A stretch of 64,000 bases of DNA, taken from IMG/VR virus record IMGVR_UViG_3300045988_105924, positions 6,565-70,564 of that record; one strand, given 5' to 3'. Under the pieces are notes generated by a model. The model did not search any database. It had not been told where the DNA came from and was given only the letters and a program-made list of their open reading frames with translations. The DNA is from a virus. Position 1 is the stretch's first letter. Each line of letters opens with the position of its first letter. Both the position numbers and the translations under genes were made by a program. This document shows, in pieces, positions 45,741-55,830 of the stretch.

Positions 45741-45976
45741 ACGACTTCCGAAAACTAGCCATCCCAAAGAAAGAACGACTTGAAGTTCAACTTACCGATG
45801 GCACAGAAGAACATAATATATTGTACATAATTACATCTCTAGCCACTATTAAAGGTGCTGAGATTTTTAAAAATTTTCGTTTGTATTCTGTAGGCTCCGC
45901 CGGGGAGCTCAACTTATTAGAGAAGCAAGACGGCGATCCCTACTTTGATAAGCTGAAAGGAACAGAATATGAGTAA
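45737..45976 (+). CDS. hypothetical protein (79 aa)
   Basis: ATGA overlap. Confidence 0.45.
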   Translation: MNDFRKLAIPKKERLEVQLTDGTEEHNILYIITSLATIKGAEIFKNFRLYSVGSAGELNLLEKQDGDPYFDKLKGTEYE

Positions 45977-46316
45977 TTCGATGAATCGAGAAGACCGGCG
46001 CAGAGAACAGCGTAAGGCACGAATCCTTGCCCGGCGAATCAAGAAGGCCGGTGGCCCCGACTTTCTGGCTGGAATGCCAGTTGAAGAGTGGGAGCCAAAG
46101 ATTGGTGATGAGGTCACCATTAAGGTAAAGAGGATTCAAGGTAAGAAAGATTTCTTCAAGATGAGTCCGCAGTATCAGGACTTTATCAATAGACTTGAAG
46201 ACGGAAAGCCTTACAAAATCACCAGTACCGGCATGAAGGGCCAGGTTTACGGCATTGACGCACATCCTTATTTCCAGATTTGGAAGGGCGATATGGAACC
46301 CTATAAGGAGTCCTAA
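45969..46316 (+). CDS. hypothetical protein with basic N-terminus (115 aa)
   Basis: ORF; N-terminal REDRRREQRKARILARRIKK. Confidence 0.5.
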   Translation: MSNSMNREDRRREQRKARILARRIKKAGGPDFLAGMPVEEWEPKIGDEVTIKVKRIQGKKDFFKMSPQYQDFINRLEDGKPYKITSTGMKGQVYGIDAHPYFQIWKGDMEPYKES

Positions 46317-46564
46317 TGAGGATGTACTTCAGGACGGATTATAAAGAGTGGGGCCCGGCAGAAGCCACTTTGCAGAAAGGACACTGGTATAAGGTTCTTT
46401 GTGATGCTGGCGACTTCTACATAATTGACAACAGACCAGAAAGTAACAAGTGTGGTCTGCGACTAGGAGAAATATCGTTTGTTGATAAAGAAGACCTTGA
46501 AGATGATGTCTATGTCGTAACCGGCAAGAGTGAAGAATTTGAGAAAGGAGGTGGGGCGATATGA
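46316..46564 (+). CDS. hypothetical protein (82 aa)
   Basis: TAATG overlap. Confidence 0.45.
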   Translation: MRMYFRTDYKEWGPAEATLQKGHWYKVLCDAGDFYIIDNRPESNKCGLRLGEISFVDKEDLEDDVYVVTGKSEEFEKGGGAI

Positions 46565-46764
46565 TTGGTATTGACCATCGTGAACAGGGTCGTAAGGAAC
46601 GAGCCCTTGCAGAATATTACAGAACCTTGGCTCGATATCCTACTGAGTGCGGAGAGCCGATTATATATCAGTTGTCCGATGAGCAACTTAAACAGGTTCT
46701 CTGTGGAGAGGTTACTGTTGATGAATTGATTGAAAGAGGTGAGGTAAATGAGAGACAGGATTAA
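46561..46764 (+). CDS. hypothetical protein (67 aa)
   Basis: ATGA overlap. Confidence 0.45.
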   Translation: MIGIDHREQGRKERALAEYYRTLARYPTECGEPIIYQLSDEQLKQVLCGEVTVDELIERGEVNERQD

Positions 46765-46912
46765 GATGTTGATCGCTTTCATTAAGATTTTTAAGGATTA
46801 TCTTATTGCGGTCGGAATCATGATTGCGTTGTGGCTGCTGTCTTGCCTTATCAAATACGGGATTTCAGTATCCAACTTTCCAGATTGGTTTAAGTTTGCA
46901 CTTCTAAAGTGA
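46748..46912 (+). CDS. small membrane protein (54 aa)
   Basis: hydrophobic segment LIAVGIMIALWLLSCLI; below the track threshold. Confidence 0.35.
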   Translation: MRDRIKMLIAFIKIFKDYLIAVGIMIALWLLSCLIKYGISVSNFPDWFKFALLK

Positions 46913-46923
46913 AGGAGGATTAA

Positions 46924-47715
46924 ATGGAAGTTAAACTGATTACACATACTCCTGATCCTGAAAAGGTGGTAGCCGCAGCCGCAAAACTGTGTTACTCCAA
47001 TTCGAGTATTCAGGATTTGATGGATGGATTGACCGATGAGAAGGTTGATGAGTTTCTAAATCGACTTTCTAGCCTTGGTCACGCTAGTCCTACGGAGCAT
47101 GTGACTTTTACTTTTGGAATCGAAGGTGTGAGCCGGTCTTTACTTGCCCAGATTACCCGGCATCGCATTGCATCATTCAGTGTACAGAGTCAGCGCTATG
47201 TGCGAATGAATAATGCGGAAATCATCATTCCTGATGTTATTGACGATGATAGCGAAGCAAGAGAGGCATTTAAACAGGCAATTCAGACCGCTGAATATTC
47301 TTATAAGCACCTGTGTCAGATTCTTGAGGACAAAATTACTGAAGAACTGATGGTTGCTGATTCTCGTTTGACTGAGAAAAAGGCACGCGTAAAAGCATCC
47401 AAGATTGCAAATGAGAACGCACGTTCTGTTCTGCCAAATGCTTGTTCCACGAAGATGATTGTTACAATGAACGCTCGTTCGTTGAACAATTTCTTTAATC
47501 TGCGTTGCTGTGAACGTGCGCAACCTGAAATAAAGGAGCTTGCAACCGAGATGCTAAAGCTGGTTTATCCGATTGCTCCTCATCTGTTCAAGTGTGCTGG
47601 TCCCAACTGCTGTGGCAATGGTTGTACCGAAGGAATGATGTCTTGTGGTAAGTTCCACGAGATTCGTGATAAATACGACAAACTGAAACAGGAGGCATTA
47701 AATGGAAACACTTGA
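46924..47715 (+). CDS. thyX: flavin-dependent thymidylate synthase ThyX
   Basis: ThyX signature RHRIASFSVQSQRY; SD aaggaggattaa then ATG. Confidence 0.8.
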   Translation: MEVKLITHTPDPEKVVAAAAKLCYSNSSIQDLMDGLTDEKVDEFLNRLSSLGHASPTEHVTFTFGIEGVSRSLLAQITRHRIASFSVQSQRYVRMNNAEIIIPDVIDDDSEAREAFKQAIQTAEYSYKHLCQILEDKITEELMVADSRLTEKKARVKASKIANENARSVLPNACSTKMIVTMNARSLNNFFNLRCCERAQPEIKELATEMLKLVYPIAPHLFKCAGPNCCGNGCTEGMMSCGKFHEIRDKYDKLKQEALNGNT

Positions 47716-48142
47716 CGAAATTAAGAAGAACGTAGACCATCCAGTCCATTACGGGGGTGCAGACAATCCCTATGAGGCCATCAAAGTGCTGCGGGAGTGG
47801 CAGTTAGACAATGATGCTTATCTCTGGAATGTTGGTAAGTATTTAAGCCGGGCAGGTCACAAAGATGGTAATTCTCAGCTTCAGGATTTAACGAAGGCAC
47901 GTTGGTATTTGGACTATAAAATCCGGCTTTTAGAGGAACAGCAGAAGGTTGCTGAAAGTGTCGTAGATACGCTCAAGAAAGTCCCTAACGAGGTAACTGA
48001 TAAGCTGACTACGATGTCGGATTACATTCCTCGTCATGCAAAGCCCGACTATACGGATGATTTGGTTTTCTGTCCAGAAATCCATGCTCCAAACATCGAA
48101 ACTGCCGTGGTCCCTGATTGTGCCGATGAGGTCAAGTTTTAA
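47702..48142 (+). CDS. DUF3310-like phage protein
   Basis: VDHPVHYGG block typical of DUF3310 proteins often found beside thyX in phages. Confidence 0.4.
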   Translation: METLDEIKKNVDHPVHYGGADNPYEAIKVLREWQLDNDAYLWNVGKYLSRAGHKDGNSQLQDLTKARWYLDYKIRLLEEQQKVAESVVDTLKKVPNEVTDKLTTMSDYIPRHAKPDYTDDLVFCPEIHAPNIETAVVPDCADEVKF

Positions 48143-48267
48143 GAGGTTTACATAAATGAGAATGAGATACAACTGGGAAGAACCATTTGCGGCATTTGCC
48201 CTGTTTGTTACAATGTTGATTTTTGGCTTTGCCAAATTTGTTTTAAGATAATCAAGGAGAAAAATAC

Positions 48268-49791
48268 ATGAATATGATGTTTATTGCAATTCCTGTCGTT
48301 GTTGTCTTTCTGATCGCCTTTGCATTTACTTGCTATAAGAAGGCTCCTCCTACTCAGGCAATCGTCGTAACAGGTTTTGGACTGTCTAAGCCGAAAGTTA
48401 TCTGTGGTCGTGGCGTGTTCGTCCTTCCGGTTATTCAGCGAGCTGACCGTCTGAATATGCGATTGCTCAAGATTGATGTCAAGACTCCTGAAACCGGTGT
48501 AAAGACTAAAGAGGGTGTTTCTCTGTGGCTGGACTCTGTTGTTACTGTTCAGGTTTACTCTGAGAACTCTACTGTAACTGATGATGAGATTAAGAGTGCC
48601 GGTTGTGAGGATGCAAAGACTTATATTAGTGCTCGTCAGCAGGCTGCTATTTCCAACTTCCTTGGCATGAGTGAAGATGGCATTAACGAAAAGATCAACG
48701 ATGTCCTTCAGGGCAATCTGCGAGAGATTGTTTCTGAGATGACTGTCAATGATATCCTGACCAATCGTAAACAGATGGCAATTTCCGTTGTTGAGAATGC
48801 TCGTCCTGATTTAGCAAAGATGGGTCTGGAAGTTGTTACTTTCAATGTTCAGGATATTAAGGATGCTATTGATGCTCAGGGTCATAATCATGGTGTCATT
48901 GAGGCAATTGGTGTTCAGCAGGAAGAGCTGGTGAAGAAACAGGCAGAGATTGCTAAGGCCGAAGCCGCTCGTGATATTGCTCGTGCTAAGGCGGATACTG
49001 CTCGTGAATCAAATGAAAAGGAAATTGAATCCAAGACCGCTATTGCACAGCGCAACAATGAGTATCTTCTGACTCAGGCCGCTCTGAAGGCGGAGGCTGA
49101 TAAGGCAAATGCTGATGCAGAAGCTGCTGGTGAGATTCAAATGAATCTGCGTGATAAGGAAATTAAGGAAGCTGAAGCTGACGCAGCTATTGCAAAGCAG
49201 AAGAAGATGGTTGAGTTGGCCGCTCAGGAAGCAGAAGTTCGTCAGCAAAAGCTGGATGCGGAGATTCGCAAGCAGGCAGACGCCGACCTGTATAAGCGTC
49301 AGAAGGAAGCTGAAGCAAAGAAGTACGAAGCAGAGCGTTCTGCAGAATCCGCAAAGTTCGCTAAGGAACAGGAGGCAGAAGGCATCCGTATGGTTGGCAT
49401 GGCGGAAGCTGAGGCCATCAGGCAGAAGGGTCTTGCTGAAGCAGAAGCTATGCTGAAGAAGGCCGAAGCTTACAAGCAGTACAATGGTGCGGCTATGGGT
49501 GAAATGATCATTAAGATTCTTCCTAGCATTGCAGCTGAGGTTGCAAAGCCGCTGGCGTCCATTGACAAGGTTTCCATCATTGGCAGTAACGCAAATGGTG
49601 TTTCTGAGATTTCCGGCAATGTCCCAGCAGTCATGGCTCAGACTTTTGAGGCCGTTCGTGAAGCAACTGGCATTGATATGAAGGAAATTGTCCGTGCCAA
49701 CAGTTACGATGCAAAGGTCACTAAGAATGTGAACCTTGTAAGCGATTCGACGATTGTTTCTGAAAAGAACGATGCGCAGGATGCTGAGTAA
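48268..49791 (+). CDS. flotillin-like SPFH/band-7 protein with EA-repeat coiled-coil
   Basis: N-terminal TM, SPFH core (AIVVTGFG...PETGVKTKEGV...VTFNVQDI), C-terminal AEAEA/EAEAK-rich repeats. Confidence 0.65.
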   Translation: MNMMFIAIPVVVVFLIAFAFTCYKKAPPTQAIVVTGFGLSKPKVICGRGVFVLPVIQRADRLNMRLLKIDVKTPETGVKTKEGVSLWLDSVVTVQVYSENSTVTDDEIKSAGCEDAKTYISARQQAAISNFLGMSEDGINEKINDVLQGNLREIVSEMTVNDILTNRKQMAISVVENARPDLAKMGLEVVTFNVQDIKDAIDAQGHNHGVIEAIGVQQEELVKKQAEIAKAEAARDIARAKADTARESNEKEIESKTAIAQRNNEYLLTQAALKAEADKANADAEAAGEIQMNLRDKEIKEAEADAAIAKQKKMVELAAQEAEVRQQKLDAEIRKQADADLYKRQKEAEAKKYEAERSAESAKFAKEQEAEGIRMVGMAEAEAIRQKGLAEAEAMLKKAEAYKQYNGAAMGEMIIKILPSIAAEVAKPLASIDKVSIIGSNANGVSEISGNVPAVMAQTFEAVREATGIDMKEIVRANSYDAKVTKNVNLVSDSTIVSEKNDAQDAE

Positions 49792-49802
49792 GAGGTGATT
49801 AC

Positions 49803-52004
49803 ATGGAATATGTGATTAAACGCGATGGAACGGAAGTCCCTTTTGATAAAAGTAAGATTGTGAATGCAGTCGAGAAGGCGATGACCTGTACACCGGGTAG
49901 TATCGACGCTCGTGTGTCGAATGCGATTGCTGACTATATCGCAGACATGCCGGGCATTCTTTCTGTTGAGCAGATTCAGGATATCGTAGTGGACAGTCTA
50001 GCAAATAGCCCGTTTATTGACGTTGCAAATGCATATAGTCAGTGGCGGCAGTATCGTCAGGAAATTCGAGATAAAGAGAAAACCAACGCAAGTATTCTTG
50101 AAATTCTTGATGCCCAGAACGACGCAATCAATCAGGAAAACAGTAATAAGAACGCAACCATCAATAGCACGCAACGTGATTACATGGCCGGAGAGGTATC
50201 TAAGGAACTAACTGACAGACTTCTACTTCCAAAGGATATCCGAGATGCACACAAAAGTGGTTTAATTCATGTGCATGATAAAGATTATTTTGTGATGCAC
50301 TGCCATAATTGCGATCTGGTCAATCTTGAAGATATGCTCCAGAACGGCACCGTCATCTCCGGCACCTATATTGAAAAACCTCACAGCTTTTCCACCGCCT
50401 GCAACATTGCCACCCAGATCATTGCACAGGTAGCTTCGATGCAATTTGGAGGTCAGAGTATTACACTTTCACATCTGGCTCCATTCGTAGATGTTTCCCG
50501 CAAGAAGATCACAAGTGAAGTACACCAAGAATTTTACGAGATGGTTCAGAATAATGAAATCGATAAGATGCCGGAGTCTGAAACTATCAATCGAATTGTA
50601 GAAGATCGTTTACATAAAGAAATTGCTCGTGGCGTGCAGACCATCCAGTATCAGGTTGTCACTTTGATGACGACAAACGGCCAGGCCCCTTTTATCACCG
50701 TGTTTATGTACCTCGATGAAGTTCCAGAAGGTCAAACTCGTGATGATTTGGCTCTAATTGTTGAAGAAGTGTTAAAACAGCGCATTCAGGGTGTAAAGAA
50801 TGAAGTTGGTGTATGGGTCACTCCGGCCTTCCCAAAGCTCATTTATGCTCTTGATGAGGATAACATTCATTCTGATTCTAAGTATTATTACCTGACTGAG
50901 CTGGCAGCTAAGTGTACTGCCAAGCGAATGGTTCCTGATTATATTTCCGCAAAGGTTATGAAGGAGCTTAAAGGCGGTGTGTGGCCTAGCATGGGCTGTA
51001 GATCCTTCCTTACTCCTGACCGCACCACTGAGAACGTAGCTAGTGCCAAGAATTGGGTTAAGGGGCATAAGTATTATGGCCGCTTCAATCAGGGCGTCGT
51101 GACCATCAATCTGGTGGACGTGGCTTGCAGTTCAGAAGGGGACAAGGATAAATTCTGGAAAATCTTCGATGAACGACTCGAATTGTGTCATCGAGCTCTA
51201 CAGATTCGTCACAAGCGTCTACTCGGCACTTCTTCTGATATGGCCCCCATCCTGTGGCAGTACGGTGCATTAGCTCGTCTAAAGAAGGGCGAGAAGATCG
51301 ACAAGTTGCTCTTCGGCGGCTACTCCACCATCAGCCTGGGTTATGCCGGTCTGTATGAGTGTGTGAAGTATATGACCGGCAAGAGCCACACCGATCCTGA
51401 TGCTAAACCTTTTGCTCTCGAAATTATGCGGCACATGAATGATAAGTGTAACGAGTGGAAGGCCGCTGAAAACATCGATTACTCTCTGTATGGTACTCCT
51501 TTGGAGTCCACTACATATGAATTTGCACGTTGCTTGCAGAAGCGGTTTGGTATGATTCCAGATATTACTGACCATGACTACGTAACAAATTCTTATCATG
51601 TCGTTGTCCGTGAACATATCGATGCTTTCACTAAGCTAAAGTTTGAGAGCGAGTTCCAGAAGCTTTCTCCAGGAGGGGCGATTAGCTATATCGAGGTGCC
51701 AAATCTGCAGCAGAACATTCCTGCGGTGCTTAGTGTTATGCAGTTCATTTACGACAACATCATGTATGCGGAGCTGAACACCAAGTCCGACTACTGCCAG
51801 TGCTGCGGCTACGACGGCGAAATTAAAATTGTAGAAGATGAGAAAAACCACAAGCTTGTATGGGAGTGCCCGAATTGTGGTAATCGTGACCAGAACAAAA
51901 TGAATGTCGTAAGACGTACTTGTGGTTACCTGGGAACCAATTTTTGGAATCAGGGGCGCACTCAGGAAATTCGAGATCGAGTGGTTCATTTGAGCGACAA
52001 TTAA
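49803..52004 (+). CDS. nrdD: anaerobic ribonucleoside-triphosphate reductase NrdD
   Basis: N-terminal ATP-cone-like region, C-terminal Zn ribbon CCGY...CPNCG and glycyl-radical motif RRTCGYLG. Confidence 0.85.
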   Translation: MEYVIKRDGTEVPFDKSKIVNAVEKAMTCTPGSIDARVSNAIADYIADMPGILSVEQIQDIVVDSLANSPFIDVANAYSQWRQYRQEIRDKEKTNASILEILDAQNDAINQENSNKNATINSTQRDYMAGEVSKELTDRLLLPKDIRDAHKSGLIHVHDKDYFVMHCHNCDLVNLEDMLQNGTVISGTYIEKPHSFSTACNIATQIIAQVASMQFGGQSITLSHLAPFVDVSRKKITSEVHQEFYEMVQNNEIDKMPESETINRIVEDRLHKEIARGVQTIQYQVVTLMTTNGQAPFITVFMYLDEVPEGQTRDDLALIVEEVLKQRIQGVKNEVGVWVTPAFPKLIYALDEDNIHSDSKYYYLTELAAKCTAKRMVPDYISAKVMKELKGGVWPSMGCRSFLTPDRTTENVASAKNWVKGHKYYGRFNQGVVTINLVDVACSSEGDKDKFWKIFDERLELCHRALQIRHKRLLGTSSDMAPILWQYGALARLKKGEKIDKLLFGGYSTISLGYAGLYECVKYMTGKSHTDPDAKPFALEIMRHMNDKCNEWKAAENIDYSLYGTPLESTTYEFARCLQKRFGMIPDITDHDYVTNSYHVVVREHIDAFTKLKFESEFQKLSPGGAISYIEVPNLQQNIPAVLSVMQFIYDNIMYAELNTKSDYCQCCGYDGEIKIVEDEKNHKLVWECPNCGNRDQNKMNVVRRTCGYLGTNFWNQGRTQEIRDRVVHLSDN

Positions 52005-52108
52005 ATAATGTATAAGCGGTGGGTTGGTGGGGTTACATAAAATGAAAATTTTAGCGTAAATGTGTTAATAAAATATAACGTGTTATCGTTAGAAATAGAG
52101 GTGATAAA

Positions 52109-52327
52109 TTGAACGCATGGAAAAATTTCTTTAAGGCACTTGGTTTTTTTCTGGGAATCGTTCTGATTCTGGCAGCTACATATTTTACCTCGTGGATTAT
52201 CACGATTGGTATTATTTGGCTGATTTTTAAGCTGCTGAATATCACTTTTACCGTTAAAGTGGCGACAGGCATCTGGCTGGCTCTAGTTTTTCTGGAACGA
52301 TTCATTAAGGGTAGCCGAGGTAAGTAA
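52109..52327 (+). CDS. small integral membrane protein (72 aa, 2 TM)
   Basis: two hydrophobic helices; SD gaggtgataaa then TTG. Confidence 0.45.
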   Translation: MNAWKNFFKALGFFLGIVLILAATYFTSWIITIGIIWLIFKLLNITFTVKVATGIWLALVFLERFIKGSRGK

Positions 52328-52507
52328 ATAAACAAGCAGGGTGGGTGTGGTGGCATGAAAACATGGATGTGGAACGTATACGTCAGTTGATTCTCGAAAT
52401 TATTCGAGTCATACAACAAGCGAACAATATTAGTCAAAATGAAATGGAAGATATTATTTCTGATGTTGAGTTTGATTTTTATAACGGTCGATAAAGAAAG
52501 GAGTCTT

Positions 52508-52684
52508 ATGGATTATTGGTCTGTTGAAGTAATGTACTACGATGATGGGAATCAGGCATTCAATACATATATGGTAAAGGCGCAGGATCAGAATGATGCT
52601 ATGAACAAGGCGCATCATCGCTTTGAAAAGGCTCATCCTAACATGAGTTGTATGATTCAGAGCATTGAAAAGGCAGGTGGCTGA
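52508..52684 (+). CDS. hypothetical protein (58 aa)
   Basis: SD aaaggagtctt then ATG 52508. Confidence 0.45.
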   Translation: MDYWSVEVMYYDDGNQAFNTYMVKAQDQNDAMNKAHHRFEKAHPNMSCMIQSIEKAGG

Positions 52685-52685
52685 G

Positions 52686-53027
52686 ATGGACTTCAAATGT
52701 AAGTGTGGCAGTGAATCCTTCTTTATCCAGAGTAAAGGTAGCCAGATTGGTCTGTATTGCTCTGCTTGTGGTAAGTGGCAGAAATGGCTCACCAAGAATG
52801 AAGTGAAACAGTTTGAGTACGAGACGAATATGTTAGATTCAAAAGAAAACAATCCTAAAGATGACTTTTATGAAAAATTTGCTTTAACTCCATGGGGTTG
52901 TCTACATTGTGCTTTTAGAGATTTTGGTTTAGACCTTCCTGAAATCTCTGGTAAGATGGCCGATGCTCTTATGGAAGATTTCTTCGAGATTATGAAAAGG
53001 GCTGATATTATTGAGAAGAAGGAGTAA
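52686..53027 (+). CDS. zinc-ribbon protein
   Basis: CKCGS...CSACG; SD aggcaggtggctgag then ATG. Confidence 0.5.
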   Translation: MDFKCKCGSESFFIQSKGSQIGLYCSACGKWQKWLTKNEVKQFEYETNMLDSKENNPKDDFYEKFALTPWGCLHCAFRDFGLDLPEISGKMADALMEDFFEIMKRADIIEKKE

Positions 53028-53028
53028 A

Positions 53029-53181
53029 GATGATTAAGTTCTTGAAACGTCTACTCCGTTGGTTCCTTCCAGAGTGCAGCCGATGTGGCGGAACGATGCT
53101 CTATGATGGCAACCATAGTTGGCATGACAAGTGGCATTTCGTTTGTGACACTTGTGGTAGAGAAAAGTGGGGTACTTTATG
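53029..53181 (+). CDS. small zinc-ribbon protein (50 aa)
   Basis: CSRCGG...CDTCG; below the track threshold. Confidence 0.35.
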
Positions 53182-53547
53182 AAACTATGGGGCGTTTTTA
53201 CAAACTTTTATGACGGCATCACGATTGACGGTAGAGAAGCTTTTGTATCTGAATATGATACGAAAGATGATGCATTAAAAGAGGCAATTAGATACGGACT
53301 TCAAATTCTGAATCATTTCAAAACAGATGACTTTATGAATGAATGTCTGTATGGAAAACAAGAACCTGACGATAAGTATAAACTGAGTGTTGTGTACGAA
53401 CCTGCTTCCGTTACTCTTTACGAAAAACGAGAGACCGATATGGTTCCAATTCGTAAATGGTCTTGTAAAGAAGTTTACGATATGGATTCGGAAGATTTAT
53501 TTATGTTCTCTATCGAGGGGAACGCGGGGTTGTTTACAACTTTATAA
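53167..53547 (+). CDS. hypothetical protein (126 aa)
   Basis: ORF tiling with its neighbours. Confidence 0.5.
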   Translation: MGYFMKLWGVFTNFYDGITIDGREAFVSEYDTKDDALKEAIRYGLQILNHFKTDDFMNECLYGKQEPDDKYKLSVVYEPASVTLYEKRETDMVPIRKWSCKEVYDMDSEDLFMFSIEGNAGLFTTL

Positions 53548-53572
53548 AAGTGCCGTTTTGTGAGGTAAATAT

Positions 53573-53971
53573 ATGAAGAAATGGACAAAAAAGCAGCTTG
53601 AGGCTGAAGGATACGAAATTTGGAATGCAGAAATTAAGAATGTGTCTCTTAGTATGGAAGATCACGCTTGCCTTGTTTCTTATCTGAGTCTTGATGGTCA
53701 TGGCCCTTGTTGTTGCTATGGTGGCTACGTCCTTGGTAAAGGATATGTAGGAGCAAAAGACTTTAAAGGTTATGCTTCCGGCATTGAGGCCATCATGCGG
53801 ATTATGGATACGGTTGGCTGTAGTACGTATGAGGGCATGAAAGGGAAATACGTCCGTGTTGCAACTAAAGGTTGGGGCAGTACAGTAAAGATTATCGGCA
53901 ATATTCTTGAGGATAAGTGGTTTGATTATGAATCTTTTTTTGATGATAAAGAGAAAGAGGAGGCTGGCTAA
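53573..53971 (+). CDS. hypothetical protein (132 aa)
   Basis: SD gaggtaaatat then ATG. Confidence 0.55.
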   Translation: MKKWTKKQLEAEGYEIWNAEIKNVSLSMEDHACLVSYLSLDGHGPCCCYGGYVLGKGYVGAKDFKGYASGIEAIMRIMDTVGCSTYEGMKGKYVRVATKGWGSTVKIIGNILEDKWFDYESFFDDKEKEEAG

Positions 53972-53972
53972 T

Positions 53973-54341
53973 ATGGATGCGGATGAGTTCATTATTAACG
54001 TAATTGCAAAGAAAAACAACGGAACAATTGAACTCTCTGTTCCTGATGATGTATTCAATCAAGCTGAACGTATTCTTTTGAAAAACGAACAAGGCGTATT
54101 TTGCAAGACTTTCCAAGCGGAATCCTTTGGCAGTGATTCGTGGATTAGCGTAAAAGAAGATTTGCCCAAAACTAATCCAAAGACTTGTGAAAGCGAGCCT
54201 GTTCTTGTTTATGACCCAGAAATGGGGAAGGCGGTAGTATTTTATCACGAGAATGGGCACTGGTATGATATTGTTGACCGTAATTGGTGTCGTGTAGAGC
54301 CAACTCGTTGGATGTTTTTGCCCGATGATCCACAGGAGTAA
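53973..54341 (+). CDS. hypothetical protein (122 aa)
   Basis: SD gaggaggctggctaat then ATG 53973. Confidence 0.55.
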   Translation: MDADEFIINVIAKKNNGTIELSVPDDVFNQAERILLKNEQGVFCKTFQAESFGSDSWISVKEDLPKTNPKTCESEPVLVYDPEMGKAVVFYHENGHWYDIVDRNWCRVEPTRWMFLPDDPQE

Positions 54342-54346
54342 TTGAC

Positions 54347-54601
54347 ATGGAAAAGAAATACGTAAAAATTTTTAAATGCCGTGGATGTGATCGCTACATC
54401 ACTTTTTATGATGTTGATTTATCTGCTGTTGAGGAATGGACTCTTTCCGAAATGTTTAGAGATGGGCGTAAACCCGCTGAAGTATCTGGTGGATCTAGGC
54501 TTTCTGGACAAAATAAATTCTTGCTCCACAGATGTGATCCGGAAAAGCTTTGTGTTTGTGATTTTATTGGATGGAAAGAAATCGAGGCTGGACATGATTA
54601 A
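54347..54601 (+). CDS. zinc-ribbon protein (84 aa)
   Basis: CRGCDR; SD caggagtaattgac then ATG. Confidence 0.5.
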   Translation: MEKKYVKIFKCRGCDRYITFYDVDLSAVEEWTLSEMFRDGRKPAEVSGGSRLSGQNKFLLHRCDPEKLCVCDFIGWKEIEAGHD

Positions 54602-54932
54602 CAATCCTTTTGTAGAGGAAGGCATTATCGCTTGCCAGTATTGTGGCAGCGGCGAGTATCTTTGTAATGAAGATGGGAATCGAAATAGTTATTGCGGTCA
54701 GTGTGGCACTCGAATTGACTGGCCGGAAACTAAGTTGGATGACTGGAATGTCCCGACGATAAATCTTCCGAAGCCTTGTAGCACTGTCATAGCAAAATAC
54801 GGAGAACGAGAAACTAGAGTGTGGTATTCAAAGCAAGGAAATTGGATGCCGGACGGTGTGTTTGATTATTTAAAAGTGCCTGATGCATGGCGGTATTTAA
54901 AGGAGAATGAACGTGAAGAAAGTGACCATTGA
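54594..54932 (+). CDS. zinc-ribbon protein (112 aa)
   Basis: ATG 54594; CQYCGSG...CGQCG. Confidence 0.5.
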   Translation: MINNPFVEEGIIACQYCGSGEYLCNEDGNRNSYCGQCGTRIDWPETKLDDWNVPTINLPKPCSTVIAKYGERETRVWYSKQGNWMPDGVFDYLKVPDAWRYLKENEREESDH

Positions 54933-55236
54933 ACTTTTAGTTGATGAGATCGATAAAGAAAATATTAAGTCCATTGAAGATGATGTTCGTATGGAACTTT
55001 CCAATTGTTATCATAGCATCGAGATTTCATCCTATAAGGAAGTTGATTATGATCCACGGTGGATTCGAGTAAAAGATAGAGAACCAGTGGTAAATAATAA
55101 ACTTTGTTCTGATAATGTCTACATCAGATACGGTAATGATGGACCATCAGAAATTGGTTTTATGGGCTGGAACACTCAATGGTACGATTTAAATTGCGAT
55201 GTTATCGACAAGCCTGATTATTGGCGATGCATGTGA
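54907..55236 (+). CDS. hypothetical protein (109 aa)
   Basis: SD aaaggagaatgaac; start ATG 54907 or GTG 54913. Confidence 0.5.
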   Translation: MNVKKVTIELLVDEIDKENIKSIEDDVRMELSNCYHSIEISSYKEVDYDPRWIRVKDREPVVNNKLCSDNVYIRYGNDGPSEIGFMGWNTQWYDLNCDVIDKPDYWRCM

Positions 55237-55343
55237 CAGGGGATGAAAACAATCCTGATTTTAGTTAAATTTAATCAACGTGTTATCGCAATAAGTTTTT
55301 GGCGATTTTTAATAGAATTCCGCTTTTAACAGAAAGGAAGGGT

Positions 55344-55652
55344 ATGTTTAAAATTTTTAAAAATACTGCCGTATGCATACTTCTAGCAACGATTATACTG
55401 ACTGGATGTAGTACAAGGGTGAAAGACTCAGTAGGAAATGTAACTGTAGCGAATGGCTGGTTCTATCGTATCGGTGACACTCCTATGGTGTACGACAAGG
55501 ATACACACATCATGTATTATTTGTTCGGAAAAGGTGCAGGCTACACAGGCTACGGCTATATGTCTCCTTATTATAATGAGCACGGTCAGATGTGCCACTA
55601 CGTTGATGGTCAGATTATTCCTATCGAGGAGGTGCTAATCGATGTAGATTGA
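55344..55652 (+). CDS. lipoprotein (lipobox LTGC)
   Basis: MFKIFKNTAVCILLATIILTGCST signal peptide with lipobox; SD gaaaggaagggt then ATG. Confidence 0.6.
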   Translation: MFKIFKNTAVCILLATIILTGCSTRVKDSVGNVTVANGWFYRIGDTPMVYDKDTHIMYYLFGKGAGYTGYGYMSPYYNEHGQMCHYVDGQIIPIEEVLIDVD

Positions 55653-55830
55653 TTTTACGATTGCTGTCTTAGCAACTCTAATTATGATGGGCTGTTGCAT
55701 CCGATGTGAGCAGCTTATCGTTGAAGTGTCCAAGGCAAGTTTTGATGACGAAAGCACACAGAAGTTCTTTTGTGGAGTTGTGAATGTTGCTATTGTCGTG
55801 TTTGCAGCATTACAGACGTTTAAGCATTGA
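55642..55830 (+). CDS. small membrane protein whose second codon is TAG (ATG-TAG-61 sense codons)
   Basis: SD GAGGAGGTG 7 nt upstream of ATG 55642; codon 2 is TAG; the frame continues IDFTIAVLATLIMMGCC... to TGA 55828; in the standard code the only alternative is an SD-less internal ATG that truncates the TM helix. Confidence 0.45.
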
